NCBI GenBank assembly: GCA_964410215.1
Contig: CAYPHA010000012.1
Coordinates: forward strand, 6,308 to 70,307
Origin: an uncultured Calditrichota bacterium
GTDB taxonomy: Bacteria; Calditrichota; Calditrichia; Calditrichales; CAYPHA01
Direction of reading: 5' to 3'
DNA: 64,000 nucleotides
A program made the position numbers and the translations under genes. The notes below the pieces were generated by a model that saw nothing but the letters and a program-made list of their open reading frames with translations, ran no database searches and was not told the origin of the DNA. Positions 62,590 to 64,000 of this stretch are shown one piece after another; the first letter of the stretch is position 1, and each line of letters starts with the position of its first letter.

Positions 62590-64000
62590 ATGCGCAAGAC
62601 AATTTTAATCCTGGCAATACTGATATCCGGTTTTGGGCTCTTAATTACACTCTCGCCCTATCTCCTGGAAATGACCGGTTTGGATCTTCCGGTTAAAAAA
62701 TATATTATTAAAAAAGTTGTCAAGAGCGATTATAAACAGTTCAATGCCTATAACCTGCATATTGGTTTAAACAGTCTCGAGATCGACGATATCCGCTATG
62801 CAGCTGCAGACCAGGATTTTGAGCTGAATATCAGTAAGATCAGACTGCATTTTAATTTCTGGCAATTGTGGACAAATCCCAAGCAACCGCAGCGGGCTCT
62901 GAAAACCATTTATTTACTTAAACCATCTATTGTAATCAATGAAAGAGGTGAGAGCCGTCGGTCCGGTGGGGTTGCGGAGGATGAAACACCTGTACTTCCT
63001 GAGGAAATATTTTCCAAGATTGAAAATATTGAATCTATTGGCAACATTCAGATTCGTGATGGTGCAGTTTTATGGAAGGAAAGCGACGGTAATCTGGTTA
63101 AAATCGCGCAGGGAATCAGTGGCTGGATTAGTACCCAGGATTATACGAATATTCATCTGAATGCTTCCGGAAGAATCTTTTCCGAAGATAAGAATAATCT
63201 GCAGATATCGTCACAGATCAATGTTACGGATAAACAACTAACAACCACTATTACTCTGGACGATTATATCGTCTCAACACCATCGATGCGGGCGATTTTC
63301 GAGGAAATACCGGTCACTTCCGGTAAATTGAGTGGATCCATCATCCTGGAAAATCATGGTTTCCGTATGGACAGCACCCGTGTAAACGGGATTGTTAAAG
63401 TTGAGCGGTTAGGGATGGATATTCCATCTGCAGAAATCAGTGATCTTAATTTCGAACTGAATATAAGGGATAATTCTCTTGTCATCACAGATGCTCGCGG
63501 TGTTCTGCTGGAACAGGCTCCTTTTTCGCTGGATATGACGATTGCTGATATCTTCAGACCCGAAATACATGCTGAAATGTCAGCGACAGGCTTCCCTTTG
63601 AACTATTTCAACCGATATGTGAAACAGATTCCATTTAACGGTTCACTGGCCGATTTGGACCTTGAATTTGATTTCAAAAAGGACCGGGCTGCCCTGGCAG
63701 GAGAGCTGAATTCACAAGCAATAACCGTTTTCGGGGATGTCTTCAAAAATTTCAGGATGTATTTCAACTGGAATCCGGAAACATTTGGCATTGATTATTT
63801 TAATGCGATCTGGAAAGGTCTGGCCGTAAACGGCAATGCGCAATATGATACCACCCGGAAGCATCTGGGTGTTAAAATTCACGGATTCAAGCAGCTCGGT
63901 GAGCATGTTGTTTTTGACAGAATTTCCAATAAGATCCAGAAATTCGACATAAATTTTGATTACTTTTCCAACACACAGGCCATTGCAGGTGAATGGTCCT
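62590..64000 (+). CDS. 5' part of a large exported protein, AsmA/TamB-like; open to the window edge and absent from the ORF track
   Basis: I translated the frame by hand: ATG at 62590, no stop through 64000 (470 codons). N-terminal signal anchor MRKTILILAILISGFGLLITL, then beta-rich sequence. The family call is tentative. Confidence 0.6.
   Translation, partial: MRKTILILAILISGFGLLITLSPYLLEMTGLDLPVKKYIIKKVVKSDYKQFNAYNLHIGLNSLEIDDIRYAAADQDFELNISKIRLHFNFWQLWTNPKQPQRALKTIYLLKPSIVINERGESRRSGGVAEDETPVLPEEIFSKIENIESIGNIQIRDGAVLWKESDGNLVKIAQGISGWISTQDYTNIHLNASGRIFSEDKNNLQISSQINVTDKQLTTTITLDDYIVSTPSMRAIFEEIPVTSGKLSGSIILENHGFRMDSTRVNGIVKVERLGMDIPSAEISDLNFELNIRDNSLVITDARGVLLEQAPFSLDMTIADIFRPEIHAEMSATGFPLNYFNRYVKQIPFNGSLADLDLEFDFKKDRAALAGELNSQAITVFGDVFKNFRMYFNWNPETFGIDYFNAIWKGLAVNGNAQYDTTRKHLGVKIHGFKQLGEHVVFDRISNKIQKFDINFDYFSNTQAIAGEWS

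Noticed and set aside
1-64000. Search for CRISPR arrays, IS elements, integrases, prophage or defence-island signatures, and long direct or inverted repeats.
   Set aside because: I found none by eye. The only notable repeats are the 39/63-nt hdrA Sec-site match, a 7-nt x3 repeat and short promoter-region motifs. The window looks like core chromosome rather than a mobile region.

Overview
This is a 64-kb chromosomal window from an anaerobic bacterium. The lineage cannot be determined here. Gene content and TAnnTTTG-like -10 boxes hint at an uncultivated FCB-superphylum-type organism, which is inference only. I count about 55 protein genes and see no rRNA, tRNA, CRISPR, integrase, transposase or phage genes. 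Gene order: (1) 0.2-5.2 kb: tRNA methylthiotransferases mtaB and miaB, an MBL-fold hydrolase and a YfcC-type transporter. (2) 5.3-12.4 kb: a CHASE2-sensor sigma-54 activator, then a sigma-54-type promoter and an envelope gene set (two paralogous outer-membrane beta-barrels, one fused to a transglutaminase-like domain, plus FecR-like, DUF4097-like and a CarboxypepD_reg remnant). (3) 12.5-18.2 kb: an orphan, YihY, a creatininase-family protein, a group II PLP decarboxylase and an HDOD protein. (4) 18.2-30.1 kb, the stand-out: an 11-gene minus-strand operon. It joins a four-subunit 2-oxoacid:ferredoxin oxidoreductase (OFOR) to two selenocysteine-containing HdrA proteins, two MvhD modules, an HdrD-like protein, a 49-aa zinc-ribbon ORF absent from the supplied track, and HdrC/HdrB. 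Each HdrA has an in-frame UGA with a conserved downstream hairpin, so the supplied track splits the two genes into four ORFs. (5) 30.1-38.1 kb: a 0.7-kb regulatory spacer, a GNAT plus an orphan, then a second paralogous OFOR operon on the opposite strand followed by a GlnE/GlnD-like double nucleotidyltransferase. (6) 38.2-48.7 kb: a signalling block (REC-HD-GYP, Crp/Fnr, GAF/PAS histidine kinase, two tandem cNMP-binding/DUF4388 proteins) interleaved with LapA-like, SPOR, TSUP and OPT genes. (7) 48.7-62.4 kb: LOG-family, beta-helix DUF4954-like and ROK regulator genes, then the housekeeping run tgt-yajC-fmt-dodecin-rny-iscA-def-pepA, then a membrane CCG Fe-S oxidoreductase. (8) 62.6 kb to the right edge: an ORF still open at position 64000 and therefore not in the track (AsmA/TamB-like). 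All family calls come from motif recognition by eye; no searches were run.
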